From contig CBDEUK010000002.1 of assembly GCA_965243205.1 (NCBI GenBank), positions 96,001 to 160,000 of the forward strand: 64,000 nt of DNA, given 5' to 3'. The stretch is from Gammaproteobacteria bacterium (GTDB taxonomy: Bacteria > Pseudomonadota > Gammaproteobacteria > Eutrophobiales > Eutrophobiaceae). The translations under genes were made by a program, and so were the position numbers. Positions 17,013 through 26,802 of this stretch are shown piece by piece. The first letter of the stretch is position 1; each line of letters opens with the position of its first letter. Below the pieces are notes generated by a model that did not search any database, was not told the DNA's origin, and worked only from the letters and a program-made list of their open reading frames with translations.

Positions 17013-17818
17013 ATATAAATCATGCAATCATGGCTTTACGTGCCCTAAGTAGCCGTGAAATTACAAAATTTGTACATCAAAAAGGCCGATTATTTTCTGC
17101 GTTGGTAAGACCTGCTTTATGGTTATTTGTTTTTGCAGTTGGATTTCAAAATGTATTAGGTATTTCGATCATACCGCCATATGAAACTTATATTGAATAT
17201 CAAGTTTATATTGTGCCTGGTTTGTTAGGGATTATTTTATTATTCAATGGTATGCAATCGTCATTAGCGATGGTGTATGACCGAGAGATGGGTTTGATGA
17301 GATTATTACTGACTTCTCCATTGCCAAGATGGTATTTGTTATTTTGTAAATTAATCTCAGGAACGGTTCTTTCTATTTTACAAGCGTACGCATTTTTAAT
17401 TTTATGTGTCATTTTTAATATTGAATTACCATTTGAAGGAATATTAAATATATTTCCTGCTCTATTATTAGGTGGCATGATGCTAGGAGCAATTGGTTTG
17501 GCGCTTTCGGTACATATCAAACAATTAGAAAATTTTGCTGGCACTATGAACTTCGTCATATTCCCGATGTTTTTTATTTCTTCAGCTTTATACCCATTAT
17601 GGAAGTTACAAGATGCTGGAGCTGAAATTTTATATAAAATAGCTCATGTCAATCCTTTTACTCATGCAGTGGAGCTCATACGTTTTGCTATGTATTCAAA
17701 ATTTACGCTTGTTAGTTTTCTTGTAGTTATAGCTTGTATCGTTCTTTTCTTTTCTTTAGCAGTTTGGGGTTATGACCCACAAAGAAGTTTGAGTAAGAAG
17801 GGGGGTAAAGCCAAGTAA
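17009..17818 (+). CDS. ABC-2 type permease (PedC/LutF-like)
   Basis: SALVRP.LWLFVFA.GF, IIPPYETYI.Y, QLENFAG.MNFVIFPMFF, NPFTHAVELIRFA. Confidence 0.9.
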   Translation: MNINHAIMALRALSSREITKFVHQKGRLFSALVRPALWLFVFAVGFQNVLGISIIPPYETYIEYQVYIVPGLLGIILLFNGMQSSLAMVYDREMGLMRLLLTSPLPRWYLLFCKLISGTVLSILQAYAFLILCVIFNIELPFEGILNIFPALLLGGMMLGAIGLALSVHIKQLENFAGTMNFVIFPMFFISSALYPLWKLQDAGAEILYKIAHVNPFTHAVELIRFAMYSKFTLVSFLVVIACIVLFFSLAVWGYDPQRSLSKKGGKAK

Positions 17819-17829
17819 GTAGTTCAGAA

Positions 17830-18477
17830 TCAGGAATCAAGATCAATACCATGACAGATCGCTATTTTTATTAAGTCTGGAATATTACGAGCTCCGAGCT
17901 TTTGTTTTATCTTATAAAGATGCGAAGACACAGATTTAGTCGATATCTCTAAGTTTTTTCCGATGGTAGTAGAATTCAAGCCGCGTACTGCTTGTATGAA
18001 TACATTAGCCTCTTGATTGGTTAGTGTGGATAGAAGATTTTTGTCAATATTAATATTGTTATAATAATTTTGGTTATCAATATCTTCGCTAAGAAAATAT
18101 TTACCTTTCATAACGGATTTTATGGCTTTAGTTAAGTTTGATGGTTCACTGGTTTTTGTAATATAACCAAATACACCATATTGTAATGCTCTTTTTATGA
18201 ACATTGGATCATTATGCATAGAGAATACAATGATTTTAGCCGTTTGATCATAGGTAGATATATTTTCTATTGTATCTAGGCCACTGGTGCCTTCAATAGA
18301 AAGATCAATGATACATAAATTAGGTTGGTATTGTTTATAAGCTTCAAATGCATCATCACCATTTTCGCCTTCCCAACAGATTAGGAATTTTTCCTTTTCC
18401 AATAATGAACGGCATGAATGACGAATGATTATATGATCATCGAGTAATAATGCTGTTTTAGATTCTTTATAATTCAT
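17830..18477 (-). CDS. NarL/LuxR-family response regulator, divergent from the kinase
   Basis: LLDDH, IIDLS, VFSMH, YITK, C-terminal HTH. Confidence 0.92.
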   Translation of the reverse strand: MNYKESKTALLLDDHIIIRHSCRSLLEKEKFLICWEGENGDDAFEAYKQYQPNLCIIDLSIEGTSGLDTIENISTYDQTAKIIVFSMHNDPMFIKRALQYGVFGYITKTSEPSNLTKAIKSVMKGKYFLSEDIDNQNYYNNINIDKNLLSTLTNQEANVFIQAVRGLNSTTIGKNLEISTKSVSSHLYKIKQKLGARNIPDLIKIAICHGIDLDS

Positions 18478-18590
18478 ACATACGAGTGATTTTAATATGG
18501 TTATAGATTCAGCTATATAGAGACTGAGTCTTTATGTTTATTATAAATAGTATAAAAATTATTTAATGAGAAAAAATCTGGATAATAGTA

Positions 18591-19925
18591 ATGAAAATAT
18601 CACTAAAAACTCGACTAACTATAATCGTTAGTTTTATTGTGATAATTACCTTGTTAGGACAAGGTGTTTTATTAATTCATAATTGGAAACAGGCAATACG
18701 TTCTGAAGTTGATTCGAGTTATAACTTGGCAAAACGACTTGTCGGTAGCAGTTTTATTACACCTAAATCATCATTAAGTGATGTAGAAAAAAAAGAAATT
18801 GTTGGTGTTCTCGAGGGTATGCGACATATACAAGTGATGGTTACTTATGATGGAAAAAAAACTACAACATTAAAAAATAATAACTCAAAAGATACGGCAG
18901 ATGTTCCCGAATGGTTTTCAAAAATCATCTATCCTTATGAACAAGCTCTTCCAAAAGTAAAAATTTATAGTTTTGATAATGCTTCTCAATTGACGATACA
19001 AGCTGATACGGATGATGAGATAGAAGAGGTTTGGGAAGATTTCAAAATTCAATCTTTAATTACAATTGCTTTTTCTGTATTTATTATTTTTCTGATGTAT
19101 CTGGGGCTATATTTTGGCCTTTATCCATTAAATCAATTACAGAGTGGATTTGAGAAACTTGAACAGGGTGACTTTAATACTAAAGTAGATGAAGACGTTT
19201 CTCAGGAATTATCTATTATTAATAAAAAATTCAATCATATGGTCACGGTATTAAAAAACACCTCTTATGATAATTCCTTATTAGTTAAAAAATTAGTTAA
19301 TATCCAAGAAGAAGAACGAAAATCTATTTCACGAGAACTTCATGATGAAATGGGTCCCCATTTGTTTGGTATTCGAGTAAATGCCTCGAAAGCTAGATCG
19401 CTATTAAAAGAAAACCAATATTCTGAAATTGATAATCAACTTACGGTAATTGACAATAGTGTTGTAAATTTACAAACGCATATGCGTAAACTTTTAAAAG
19501 AATTAAGACCATTAATATTAGATGATTTAACAATAGAAGAGGCCATTCACTCAATTGTCGATGCTGGAGAAATCAGTAGTTTAAACATTGATTGGAAAAT
19601 CGATTTGAGTAATTTAATTATAGAATTAGATGATACTTTAACGGTTACTTTATACAGAATTGCGCAAGAATGTGTTACCAATATAGTTCGGCACTCGCAA
19701 GCCACGAAAGCTAAAATAGTCGTTGCTAGTGATTACAAAGATAATACACATTCAAACCTTATAATTGTTGTTGAAGATAATGGTAAGGGCTTGAACCCAG
19801 ATAATTCATATGGCTTTGGCTTGATAGGAATGAGAGAAAGAGTTGTTGCTCTTGGGGGAGTTTTAGAGCTAACTAAGAGTGAATTTGGTGGTGTAAAGCT
19901 AGAGGTAAATATCCCAATTGGCTAA
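18591..19925 (+). CDS. Sensor kinase, MxaY/MxcQ/PedS2-like (periplasmic MoxY-type domain, HAMP, HisKA_3)
   Basis: MRHI, VPEWF, D..DEIEEVW periplasmic motifs; EEERKSISRELHDEMGPHL; GFGLIGMRERV. Confidence 0.85.
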   Translation: MKISLKTRLTIIVSFIVIITLLGQGVLLIHNWKQAIRSEVDSSYNLAKRLVGSSFITPKSSLSDVEKKEIVGVLEGMRHIQVMVTYDGKKTTTLKNNNSKDTADVPEWFSKIIYPYEQALPKVKIYSFDNASQLTIQADTDDEIEEVWEDFKIQSLITIAFSVFIIFLMYLGLYFGLYPLNQLQSGFEKLEQGDFNTKVDEDVSQELSIINKKFNHMVTVLKNTSYDNSLLVKKLVNIQEEERKSISRELHDEMGPHLFGIRVNASKARSLLKENQYSEIDNQLTVIDNSVVNLQTHMRKLLKELRPLILDDLTIEEAIHSIVDAGEISSLNIDWKIDLSNLIIELDDTLTVTLYRIAQECVTNIVRHSQATKAKIVVASDYKDNTHSNLIIVVEDNGKGLNPDNSYGFGLIGMRERVVALGGVLELTKSEFGGVKLEVNIPIG

Positions 19926-19946
19926 ATAACTAATAAATCAATGAAA

Positions 19947-19982
19947 AGGAAATATGCATGACTGCATAGGGAAAAGTTCATA
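19947..19982 (+). promoter_or_regulatory. Operator pair upstream of the third response regulator
   Basis: AGG-AAATATG-CAT 19947, GGG-AAAAGTT-CAT 19969; 22-bp spacing. Confidence 0.55.
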
Positions 19983-20043
19983 TTTATTGCATTTATAAAT
20001 TCATTATCATATAGGGTCTTATAAATATATCAATGAGTTATAA

Positions 20044-20703
20044 ATGATTGATCCTAATATCCCTATATTATTAATAGATGACCATACGATTGTTTTGGAA
20101 GGCTGTGTCATTCTATTAAAACAACATGGTTTTAAAAATATCCATGTCGCTTCAAATTGTGAAGAAGGCTTGCAGTTTTTAGTCAAAACCCAACCAATGT
20201 TAGCCATAATTGATATTTCTATGCCGGGTATGGGCGGATTAGGTATTGTTAGACGGATCCAAAAGAAACAACTCAGGACCAAAGTCATTGTATTTTCTAT
20301 GCATGATGATCCAAGTATCGTTTCAAGGACATTGAACGCAGGTGTGAATGGTTACATAAGTAAAACTAACTCACCTGAAAGTTTAATAGATGCGGTAAAA
20401 AGTGTATTAGCAGGGAATATCTATTTATCTCAAGATATAGCCCAAATATTAGCCTTAGATAAACTTAACCCAACTCGTTCACGACTAGATTCATTGACCC
20501 CGAAAGAGTACGAAATCTTTGAAATGCTGGTTAATGGTAATGATATATCCGAAATAGCATTAACGTTATATCTCAGTTCAAAGTCTGTGAGTAATTATGT
20601 CACTAAGATAAAATCAAAATTGGAAGTTACTTCTGTAGCCGATATGGTTCATCTTGGTTATAAATATAATGTGACTCAACCTGACCTTCAGATGTCAGAG
20701 TAA
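20044..20703 (+). CDS. NarL/LuxR response regulator, MxaB/MxcE/PedR2-like
   Basis: LLIDDH, DISMPG.GG, VFSMH, LTPKEYEIF, S.KSV.NY. Confidence 0.92.
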   Translation: MIDPNIPILLIDDHTIVLEGCVILLKQHGFKNIHVASNCEEGLQFLVKTQPMLAIIDISMPGMGGLGIVRRIQKKQLRTKVIVFSMHDDPSIVSRTLNAGVNGYISKTNSPESLIDAVKSVLAGNIYLSQDIAQILALDKLNPTRSRLDSLTPKEYEIFEMLVNGNDISEIALTLYLSSKSVSNYVTKIKSKLEVTSVADMVHLGYKYNVTQPDLQMSE

Positions 20704-20724
20704 ACCTATATATAATTTTGTTTT

Positions 20725-20762
20725 AGGAAAAACTCACTCAATCTGTTGGATGTCATCTCATA
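20725..20762 (+). promoter_or_regulatory. Operator pair upstream of mxaD
   Basis: AGG-AAAAACT-CAC 20725 and degenerate TGG-ATGTCAT-CTC 20747. Confidence 0.4.
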
Positions 20763-20816
20763 TTAATAAGATGGTAATTTTTTTATGATTACTTTTTTAT
20801 TATAGGAGATTTAGCC

Positions 20817-21293
20817 ATGTTTTATAGCCGTATAATATCTATTGCAGCTTGCTTAGTAATTTCACTCAACGCCTATTCGGGGCAATCTTTACAAGTCACA
20901 AAAACCATACAGATTGATGCTAGTCCAGAAAAAGTTTGGGAATATGTGGGTGATTTTTGTGCTATCAAAGATTGGCATCCTGCCGTAAAAAATTGTGAAA
21001 TTGTTGAAGAGAACCATGAGAAATTCCGCATTCTCACATTGCAAGATGACGCAACAATTAAAGAAGCAAAAGGTGGAAAAAATCCAATGGGTTATATGTA
21101 TACGATTACTGAAAGCCCACTACCAGTAAAAGACTACAATGCTTTATTTGATGTTGAGAAAAAAGATAATGGAACTCTTATTACTTGGACGGCCACTTTT
21201 CTAGCAAATGGAAAGCCAGATCAAGAGGCTAAAGATGTCATCAGTGGGATTTTTGAAGCGGGCTTGAATTCTATTAACGATAAATTTAAGTAA
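20817..21293 (+). CDS. mxaD: MxaD-like periplasmic SRPBCC protein
   Basis: Signal peptide; PEKVW..VGDF..I..WHPAV, R.LTL, LPV..Y, I.GIF..GL. Confidence 0.75.
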   Translation: MFYSRIISIAACLVISLNAYSGQSLQVTKTIQIDASPEKVWEYVGDFCAIKDWHPAVKNCEIVEENHEKFRILTLQDDATIKEAKGGKNPMGYMYTITESPLPVKDYNALFDVEKKDNGTLITWTATFLANGKPDQEAKDVISGIFEAGLNSINDKFK

Positions 21294-21310
21294 GAGATAA
21301 ATTATATTTA

Positions 21311-21343
21311 TATACCATCTTATGTTTAAACTAAGATGGTATA
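21311..21343. terminator. Bidirectional terminator between convergent mxaD and soxYZ-like gene
   Basis: TATACCATCTTA-N9-TAAGATGGTATA. Confidence 0.7.
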
Positions 21344-21346
21344 GTT

Positions 21347-22141
21347 TTAATGTTTAGATTTAAAAATTGAATTCTTACTATCCATAGCCTCTACAACAAT
21401 AAACTCTTCAGTATTTGAATTAAAATCAAATCTGAATGATGGGTTTTCTGAGATAGTGATCCCAGAATGAATTATCATCATTGGTGTCTCGCCATATTTA
21501 ACTAATACTTTATTTATATATCTAGCTGGAATAAAACCATCTTCATTTTTGCTAGTAGGTTGCATCCCAGTAAAGTTAGGATGGCGTATCTTTATGATTG
21601 CTTGTCGCCAGTTTTCACTGATATTCGTATCTTGTAACATTTTAATTTTTATCTTTCCAAGGTCTTTCAAAGCATCTTCAAGATTCATTGATGGTGGTGA
21701 CGAACAACCACCTGAACCTGCTACAAAGCTGGTATCCATATATAGTTTTTTATCTTTTGTTTCTAGCACCGCTCTTATTTCAGAAAAATTATTGACTCGT
21801 ACACGAGTATTAATGGTTCTTTCATTATCACTTTTAATTTGCTCAAACCCTTCTTGAAATTCTATTTCCATTGCATAAGGGTCTGGATTTCTATCGATAA
21901 TTAAATAGAGTTTTTTTAAATCCCTTATAATTTCTGGTGATAGTCGAATACTTATAGGAACCAATGATGCATCAGCGGCTAATTCAGGTGTGTATAATTT
22001 TACATAAGAGCTATTTTCATTAATATCGCGGTTTTGAAAATATTGCTTATGTAAATATGGCCATGGGTCAATATCAGAAAGAGCATTTTTTGAAAAAATA
22101 ATAAATAAAATAAATAGTGACTTGAAAAGAAAATGTTTCAT
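21347..22141 (-). CDS. Quinoprotein-dehydrogenase-associated fused SoxYZ-like carrier
   Basis: A.DA..VPI, IID.NP.P, RVRVN.FS.IRAV, GSGGCS, HPNFTGMQ, ISENP.FRF. Confidence 0.88.
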   Translation of the reverse strand: MKHFLFKSLFILFIIFSKNALSDIDPWPYLHKQYFQNRDINENSSYVKLYTPELAADASLVPISIRLSPEIIRDLKKLYLIIDRNPDPYAMEIEFQEGFEQIKSDNERTINTRVRVNNFSEIRAVLETKDKKLYMDTSFVAGSGGCSSPPSMNLEDALKDLGKIKIKMLQDTNISENWRQAIIKIRHPNFTGMQPTSKNEDGFIPARYINKVLVKYGETPMMIIHSGITISENPSFRFDFNSNTEEFIVVEAMDSKNSIFKSKH

Positions 22142-22146
22142 GATTT

Positions 22147-23547
22147 TTATTCTCCTAAAGCAAGAGGGTAAAGTTTAGGAAGTTGTGAAGAAGAAATTGA
22201 TTTAAATAGATGCTTATTTTGTTTTTTCCATTTTTTTAAAGCTTCTGCTGTATTATCCCCATTCCAATTTATATTTTTTGAACTATATATATAAGAATTT
22301 AATAACAATAACTCTTGTTTGAATTCTTCATTAACTTTAAATGCTAACTCTGAAAGTGAACGAATTTTAAAGTCAGTATTATAATTGTTAATAAAATTAA
22401 TTAGGTGTTTTTCTGCAGATTTAGCATCGTTCTGATTGCAGGCATGTAAAAATTTTCGATAGGCAACTGAAGATTGATTCCTTCGGACATGATATAAATT
22501 CTTTTTAATTAAGAATAAATACGTACTGAACAATATTGCTATGCTAACAATAGTTAGAACTATATATTTAAGATTATTTTTAATAATTAATTTGTTTTTG
22601 CTGCTATTAGTAAAAATTGACTGAATACTATCAGCAATACCTCCACCACGTTTTTTCTGAGCTGATTCAGTATCTTTGGTCGGTAAAATTTTTAATGTTT
22701 TGCCTGGGAAATACGCTATCTCTTCTTTGTCCTTTATTGTATTCCACCAAGGAACTGAAATTTCAGGTACTTCGAATGTACCTTCAACGGTAGGTACGAA
22801 TACGATCTCTTGTTGTAATACTGCAATCAATCCTGATTCAGCATGTTCTAATTCTTTTCTTTCCGTTTGTCTCGGATAGACTCTAAACCCAGTAGATTGA
22901 GGTGGCTTAAATGATGGGATATGGCCACTTCCAAGACCTGTAGCAGATAGAAATAAGTTTCGAGAAATAGGTTTCCCTACTTCTAAAGAAGACGATGGAG
23001 GTTGAAAATCTTGGTAAAGCTCTACTGATCTTGCAGGTATCCAAATATTACCTGAATATGTCTGAGGTATTGGTCTTACATCAAGATTTATAATATTAGA
23101 TTCAACTTCTACAAAACTAATTGTTCCGCCTTTGACAATATGTCCTTGAAATATTGAAGGTCCAATTATTAATTCGCCACTTTGTTCAGGATATAACACG
23201 TATTCCTGTTCAGTAACAACATATAATCGATTATTTTTATACATTCTATAACGACGTTTATTGATACCAATATTACGAAGCATGACATTTTTGCTTGTAA
23301 TTGGATCAGATAATTCAGGATAGGACATAGCTGCATCAAAACTCGTTGCATCACGAAACAGTCTTAGTTTTATAATCGTTTGTGCCTGAATATATGGACT
23401 TAATGTATTGGCCTCCAATTCAACAATGATAGTTTCTTTGCTTACGTCATCATTCACATAAACCGTATCATCATTATTGTTATCAGCTATAGCGATTTTT
23501 GGAATTACTAATAGAAAGAAGGCTAGGCGATATATGGTTTTCACCAT
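22147..23547 (-). CDS. BatD-family protein
   Basis: YP.QSGELII, W.PA, GKPI.R, P.I.VPWWN, C-terminal TM and LYP. Confidence 0.8.
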   Translation of the reverse strand: MVKTIYRLAFFLLVIPKIAIADNNNDDTVYVNDDVSKETIIVELEANTLSPYIQAQTIIKLRLFRDATSFDAAMSYPELSDPITSKNVMLRNIGINKRRYRMYKNNRLYVVTEQEYVLYPEQSGELIIGPSIFQGHIVKGGTISFVEVESNIINLDVRPIPQTYSGNIWIPARSVELYQDFQPPSSSLEVGKPISRNLFLSATGLGSGHIPSFKPPQSTGFRVYPRQTERKELEHAESGLIAVLQQEIVFVPTVEGTFEVPEISVPWWNTIKDKEEIAYFPGKTLKILPTKDTESAQKKRGGGIADSIQSIFTNSSKNKLIIKNNLKYIVLTIVSIAILFSTYLFLIKKNLYHVRRNQSSVAYRKFLHACNQNDAKSAEKHLINFINNYNTDFKIRSLSELAFKVNEEFKQELLLLNSYIYSSKNINWNGDNTAEALKKWKKQNKHLFKSISSSQLPKLYPLALGE

Positions 23548-25286
23548 GGGTCACCCTCGTAAGTATTTTTTTTATTACGAGATTGTTCTCGAAATTTACG
23601 TCGCATCAGTCCAGCAGGATCATCTTTAATTCTTCTTAGCCATTGTTCTTCAGCAAGATTATTTTCAGCTATATCTTGTTCAACCTCACCAACTTCAGCA
23701 GTATTTGCATCATCAGTTTCACTAGGTTTAGTTGCAGTATTCTCTATAGGTATATCATCTGGGTTACCAGACGATTGATTAGAATCATTATCTTGATTAG
23801 GTTGATTCGGAGGATTATTTTCCTGATTTTCAGAATCACTCTGTTTAGAATCATTGGATTTTTCTTTAGGATTTGTTTTATCTTTATTCTGAATGCTGCT
23901 GTCTTTATTCTCATTAGATAGTTTTTCCAACAATCTCAATACTTCAGACTTATTAAATAAAGCATCTTCATGTTGAGGGTTACGCTTTAATACTTGATTG
24001 TAAGCAATAACGGCTTCTTCTAAACGAGCTAAAAATACTAAGGTGTTGCCACGGTTGTAGATTGATTCAACATCATTAAGTTGTTTATATAAATCTAAGG
24101 CTGTTTCCCAGTTGTTTAGACGGTAAGCAGTTGCTGCTTGCCAACGGATATCAGAAAATAATTTTTCAGCAGTTTGAAAGTCCTTTCTGTCAAAGGCTTG
24201 TTTGCCTTGTTGATTTTTATTTAAAAATAAATTATTTGATTCCGCAGCGATAACTTCTTTATGGGGCGACAAACTTATTGCAATCAATACAATGAAAATG
24301 GCATTTTTTCGAAACAATAATGCCATAAAGGCTAAGCATAATAAGCTTATCCAAAAACCTTTATCATTCCAGTGAGAATCGCCTAGCTCATCACTGTCTT
24401 GATGTTCATTATTCACATTCAACAAATGTTTTATTAATTCATTAATATCTTTAATATCGGATCGAGACTGTATATATTTTCCATCAGTCCCTTGTGCTAA
24501 AGAAGACAATGATTCTGATTCCAAACGCGATTGAATTAATTCACCAGTGCTATTTTTGATAAAATCAATATCATTCATCTCAGGAATGTTAGCGCCAATC
24601 TCTGTACCGACCCCTAATATTGAAACACGTAAGTTAGCTTGTTTTGCAAAAGATATGAGTTCGTCAATATTATTACTACCAATACCATCTGTTACCAGAA
24701 CAATGTCACCACTATCCAATTCACTACGTTTTAAAAGTTCTTTTGATAATTGTAATGCAGCATAGACATTACTGCCTCTGCCTGGCATGATTTTGGGTGT
24801 TAAAGCAGGTACAAGAGATTTCAATGTTTCAACATCATGAGTTAATGGTGTTACAGCATAAGCATTTGCCGCATATGCAATCAATGCAACATTACCTTTT
24901 TGGTAATTATTCAGTAGGTCTTCAATTTTAAATCGAGCCCTCACATATCGCGCTGGCTTCACATCACGCACCAGCATGGAATTTGATAAATCAAAAGCGA
25001 TCAGTAATGCATTTTTATTACGTAATAAAGGATTAGGATCTTTATCCCAGGCAGGACCAGAAAGGGCGAGGATTGATAATAAACCAATGATAAAAAATAA
25101 ATTATTTCGATTTGATAATTGATTGCCACCACTATTCTCAACCAGTAATGCTTTTGTTAGTGCTGTATCACATACATTGTTCCAGATTGAATGAGCCGTT
25201 TGATTATTTTTATTTTGCCACCAAATATAAATAACCACTGGTATTAATAATAAGAAAACAGGACGGACAAAGTGAAAAAAATCCAT
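23541..25286 (-). CDS. VWA plus TPR protein (BatB/BatC-like)
   Basis: HF.RP..L, DLSNSM MIDAS, PLT.D, TDG, YNRGN TPR, EQWLRRI.DDP.GL.RRKF. Confidence 0.9.
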   Translation of the reverse strand: MDFFHFVRPVFLLLIPVVIYIWWQNKNNQTAHSIWNNVCDTALTKALLVENSGGNQLSNRNNLFFIIGLLSILALSGPAWDKDPNPLLRNKNALLIAFDLSNSMLVRDVKPARYVRARFKIEDLLNNYQKGNVALIAYAANAYAVTPLTHDVETLKSLVPALTPKIMPGRGSNVYAALQLSKELLKRSELDSGDIVLVTDGIGSNNIDELISFAKQANLRVSILGVGTEIGANIPEMNDIDFIKNSTGELIQSRLESESLSSLAQGTDGKYIQSRSDIKDINELIKHLLNVNNEHQDSDELGDSHWNDKGFWISLLCLAFMALLFRKNAIFIVLIAISLSPHKEVIAAESNNLFLNKNQQGKQAFDRKDFQTAEKLFSDIRWQAATAYRLNNWETALDLYKQLNDVESIYNRGNTLVFLARLEEAVIAYNQVLKRNPQHEDALFNKSEVLRLLEKLSNENKDSSIQNKDKTNPKEKSNDSKQSDSENQENNPPNQPNQDNDSNQSSGNPDDIPIENTATKPSETDDANTAEVGEVEQDIAENNLAEEQWLRRIKDDPAGLMRRKFREQSRNKKNTYEGDPW

Positions 25287-25294
25287 TATTTATC

Positions 25295-26275
25295 TTAACT
25301 CCATATCCTGGTAAAACGTAGACAGATAATAATAATCAGTAAGGCAATGCCTAATGGCCAAACATACAGTTCTTTGTATAAATATAATTGTTCACCTTCA
25401 CTTACGACGGGTTCTAGTAAATTAATTTCATCGTAAATATTTTTTAGTTCTTCAGTATCACTGGCTAAGTAATATTTGCCGCCTGTCAAATAAGATATAT
25501 GTCTTAAAGTTTTTTCATCCAAGCCATAAGAATTAGGGCCAATCGATTGTTCTTCTCTAATAATTTCTGATTCGTTGCCTATGCCAATCGTATAAATTTT
25601 TAATCCTGCAGTTGCCGCAAGCCTAGCCGCGACAATGGGTCCAACTTCGCCAGCAGTATTTGCACCATCCGTCATTAGGATCAATACTCTTTCTTTAGCA
25701 TCGGATTCGCGTAATCGTTTAACCGCCAATCCAATCGCATCGCCAATCGCCGTTTTACTACCGGCTAGGCCAATCGAGGTTTCATCTAATAAGATTTGCA
25801 CTGTTTTACGATCTAAAGTTAAAGGGGTTTGAATATAGGCTTGAGTACCAAATACAATTAAACCAATACGATCACCTTCGCGTTTACTTATAAAATCTTT
25901 AGCAACTAATTTACTGGCTTCAAGTCGATTAATGATGCCATCATCTAATTCAAAATCGGTTTGTCGCATACTTTCAGAGAGATCAACTGCAACTACTAGA
26001 TCTCGACCACTGATGGGTTGTCCCTCGGCTTCAATGACCCACTGTGGTCTTGAGGCTGCAAATATTAATAATAGCCAAATCAATATTGATAAAATTAATG
26101 GCCAATTGATGGTTTTGTTTTTTATGGGATCACTGAGTCTTTGAAAATCATCTAGATAAGGTAGCCAAATTGCGTCTTGAGAATTACTTAGTGGTGGAAG
26201 TACATATCGAATCAAAAATGGCAAAGGAATAATCAATAATACAATAGGCCAGGCGATGTGTAAGTTAGGAACCAT
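25295..26275 (-). CDS. VWA protein (BatA/MxaC-like)
   Basis: DLSESM MIDAS, GDRIGLIVFG..A, TAIGDAIGLA, TDGANTAG. Confidence 0.92.
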   Translation of the reverse strand: MVPNLHIAWPIVLLIIPLPFLIRYVLPPLSNSQDAIWLPYLDDFQRLSDPIKNKTINWPLILSILIWLLLIFAASRPQWVIEAEGQPISGRDLVVAVDLSESMRQTDFELDDGIINRLEASKLVAKDFISKREGDRIGLIVFGTQAYIQTPLTLDRKTVQILLDETSIGLAGSKTAIGDAIGLAVKRLRESDAKERVLILMTDGANTAGEVGPIVAARLAATAGLKIYTIGIGNESEIIREEQSIGPNSYGLDEKTLRHISYLTGGKYYLASDTEELKNIYDEINLLEPVVSEGEQLYLYKELYVWPLGIALLIIIICLRFTRIWS

Positions 26276-26802
26276 TAATGACCTACAACTTTTAGTTTAT
26301 TGTAAGAATGATGAATGGGATATTCAGGCAGTCCATTAATGATATTTTGCGTAAAACAAAGCAACTCATTAGTTTCTGGTATTTGATCTATTTGATAAGG
26401 AATGGTTAAGAGTTGGCGTTTCAACTCTATTGAACAAGCATCTACATTTAATTCTTCAGTTAGCCAATCTATCCAAAGCCCTTTGGTATCTCGATTAAAA
26501 GTTTCTGAGCCAGGTAATAGATTAGATACTCTGCGTAATAGCAAATGTAATGCTTTGAACAGTTCATGATTACTTAATGTCTGTTGCTGTAGCAGGTTGA
26601 ATTCGTATTTAGCAAGTGCTCGCAGTGATTTGACTTGTTTATTTTTTTGATACCAATAATAAATAATTAATGTGAGTATTAATAAACTAGCACCTAACAT
26701 CCACCAACCTGTTGCTAGCGGCCACCAAGGAACATCATTTGGTAAATGAATATCTCGCAAATCAATATTGATCATTGCTTCAGAATTCATTCCACCCATC
26801 AT
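26275..26802 (-). CDS. DUF4381-family membrane protein
   Basis: LRDIHLP..V.WWP.A.GWW, LLRR. Confidence 0.85.
   Translation of the reverse strand: MMGGMNSEAMINIDLRDIHLPNDVPWWPLATGWWMLGASLLILTLIIYYWYQKNKQVKSLRALAKYEFNLLQQQTLSNHELFKALHLLLRRVSNLLPGSETFNRDTKGLWIDWLTEELNVDACSIELKRQLLTIPYQIDQIPETNELLCFTQNIINGLPEYPIHHSYNKLKVVGH

Noticed and set aside
20767-21343. TAAGATGGTA repeated on both sides of mxaD (possible target duplication)
   Set aside because: One copy is a terminator arm; no transposase or terminal repeats; 10-mer chance match plausible
21347-22141. Thiosulfate-oxidising Sox system
   Set aside because: Fused YZ with internal GGCS rather than terminal GGCGG; no soxABXCD; matches the quinoprotein-associated type
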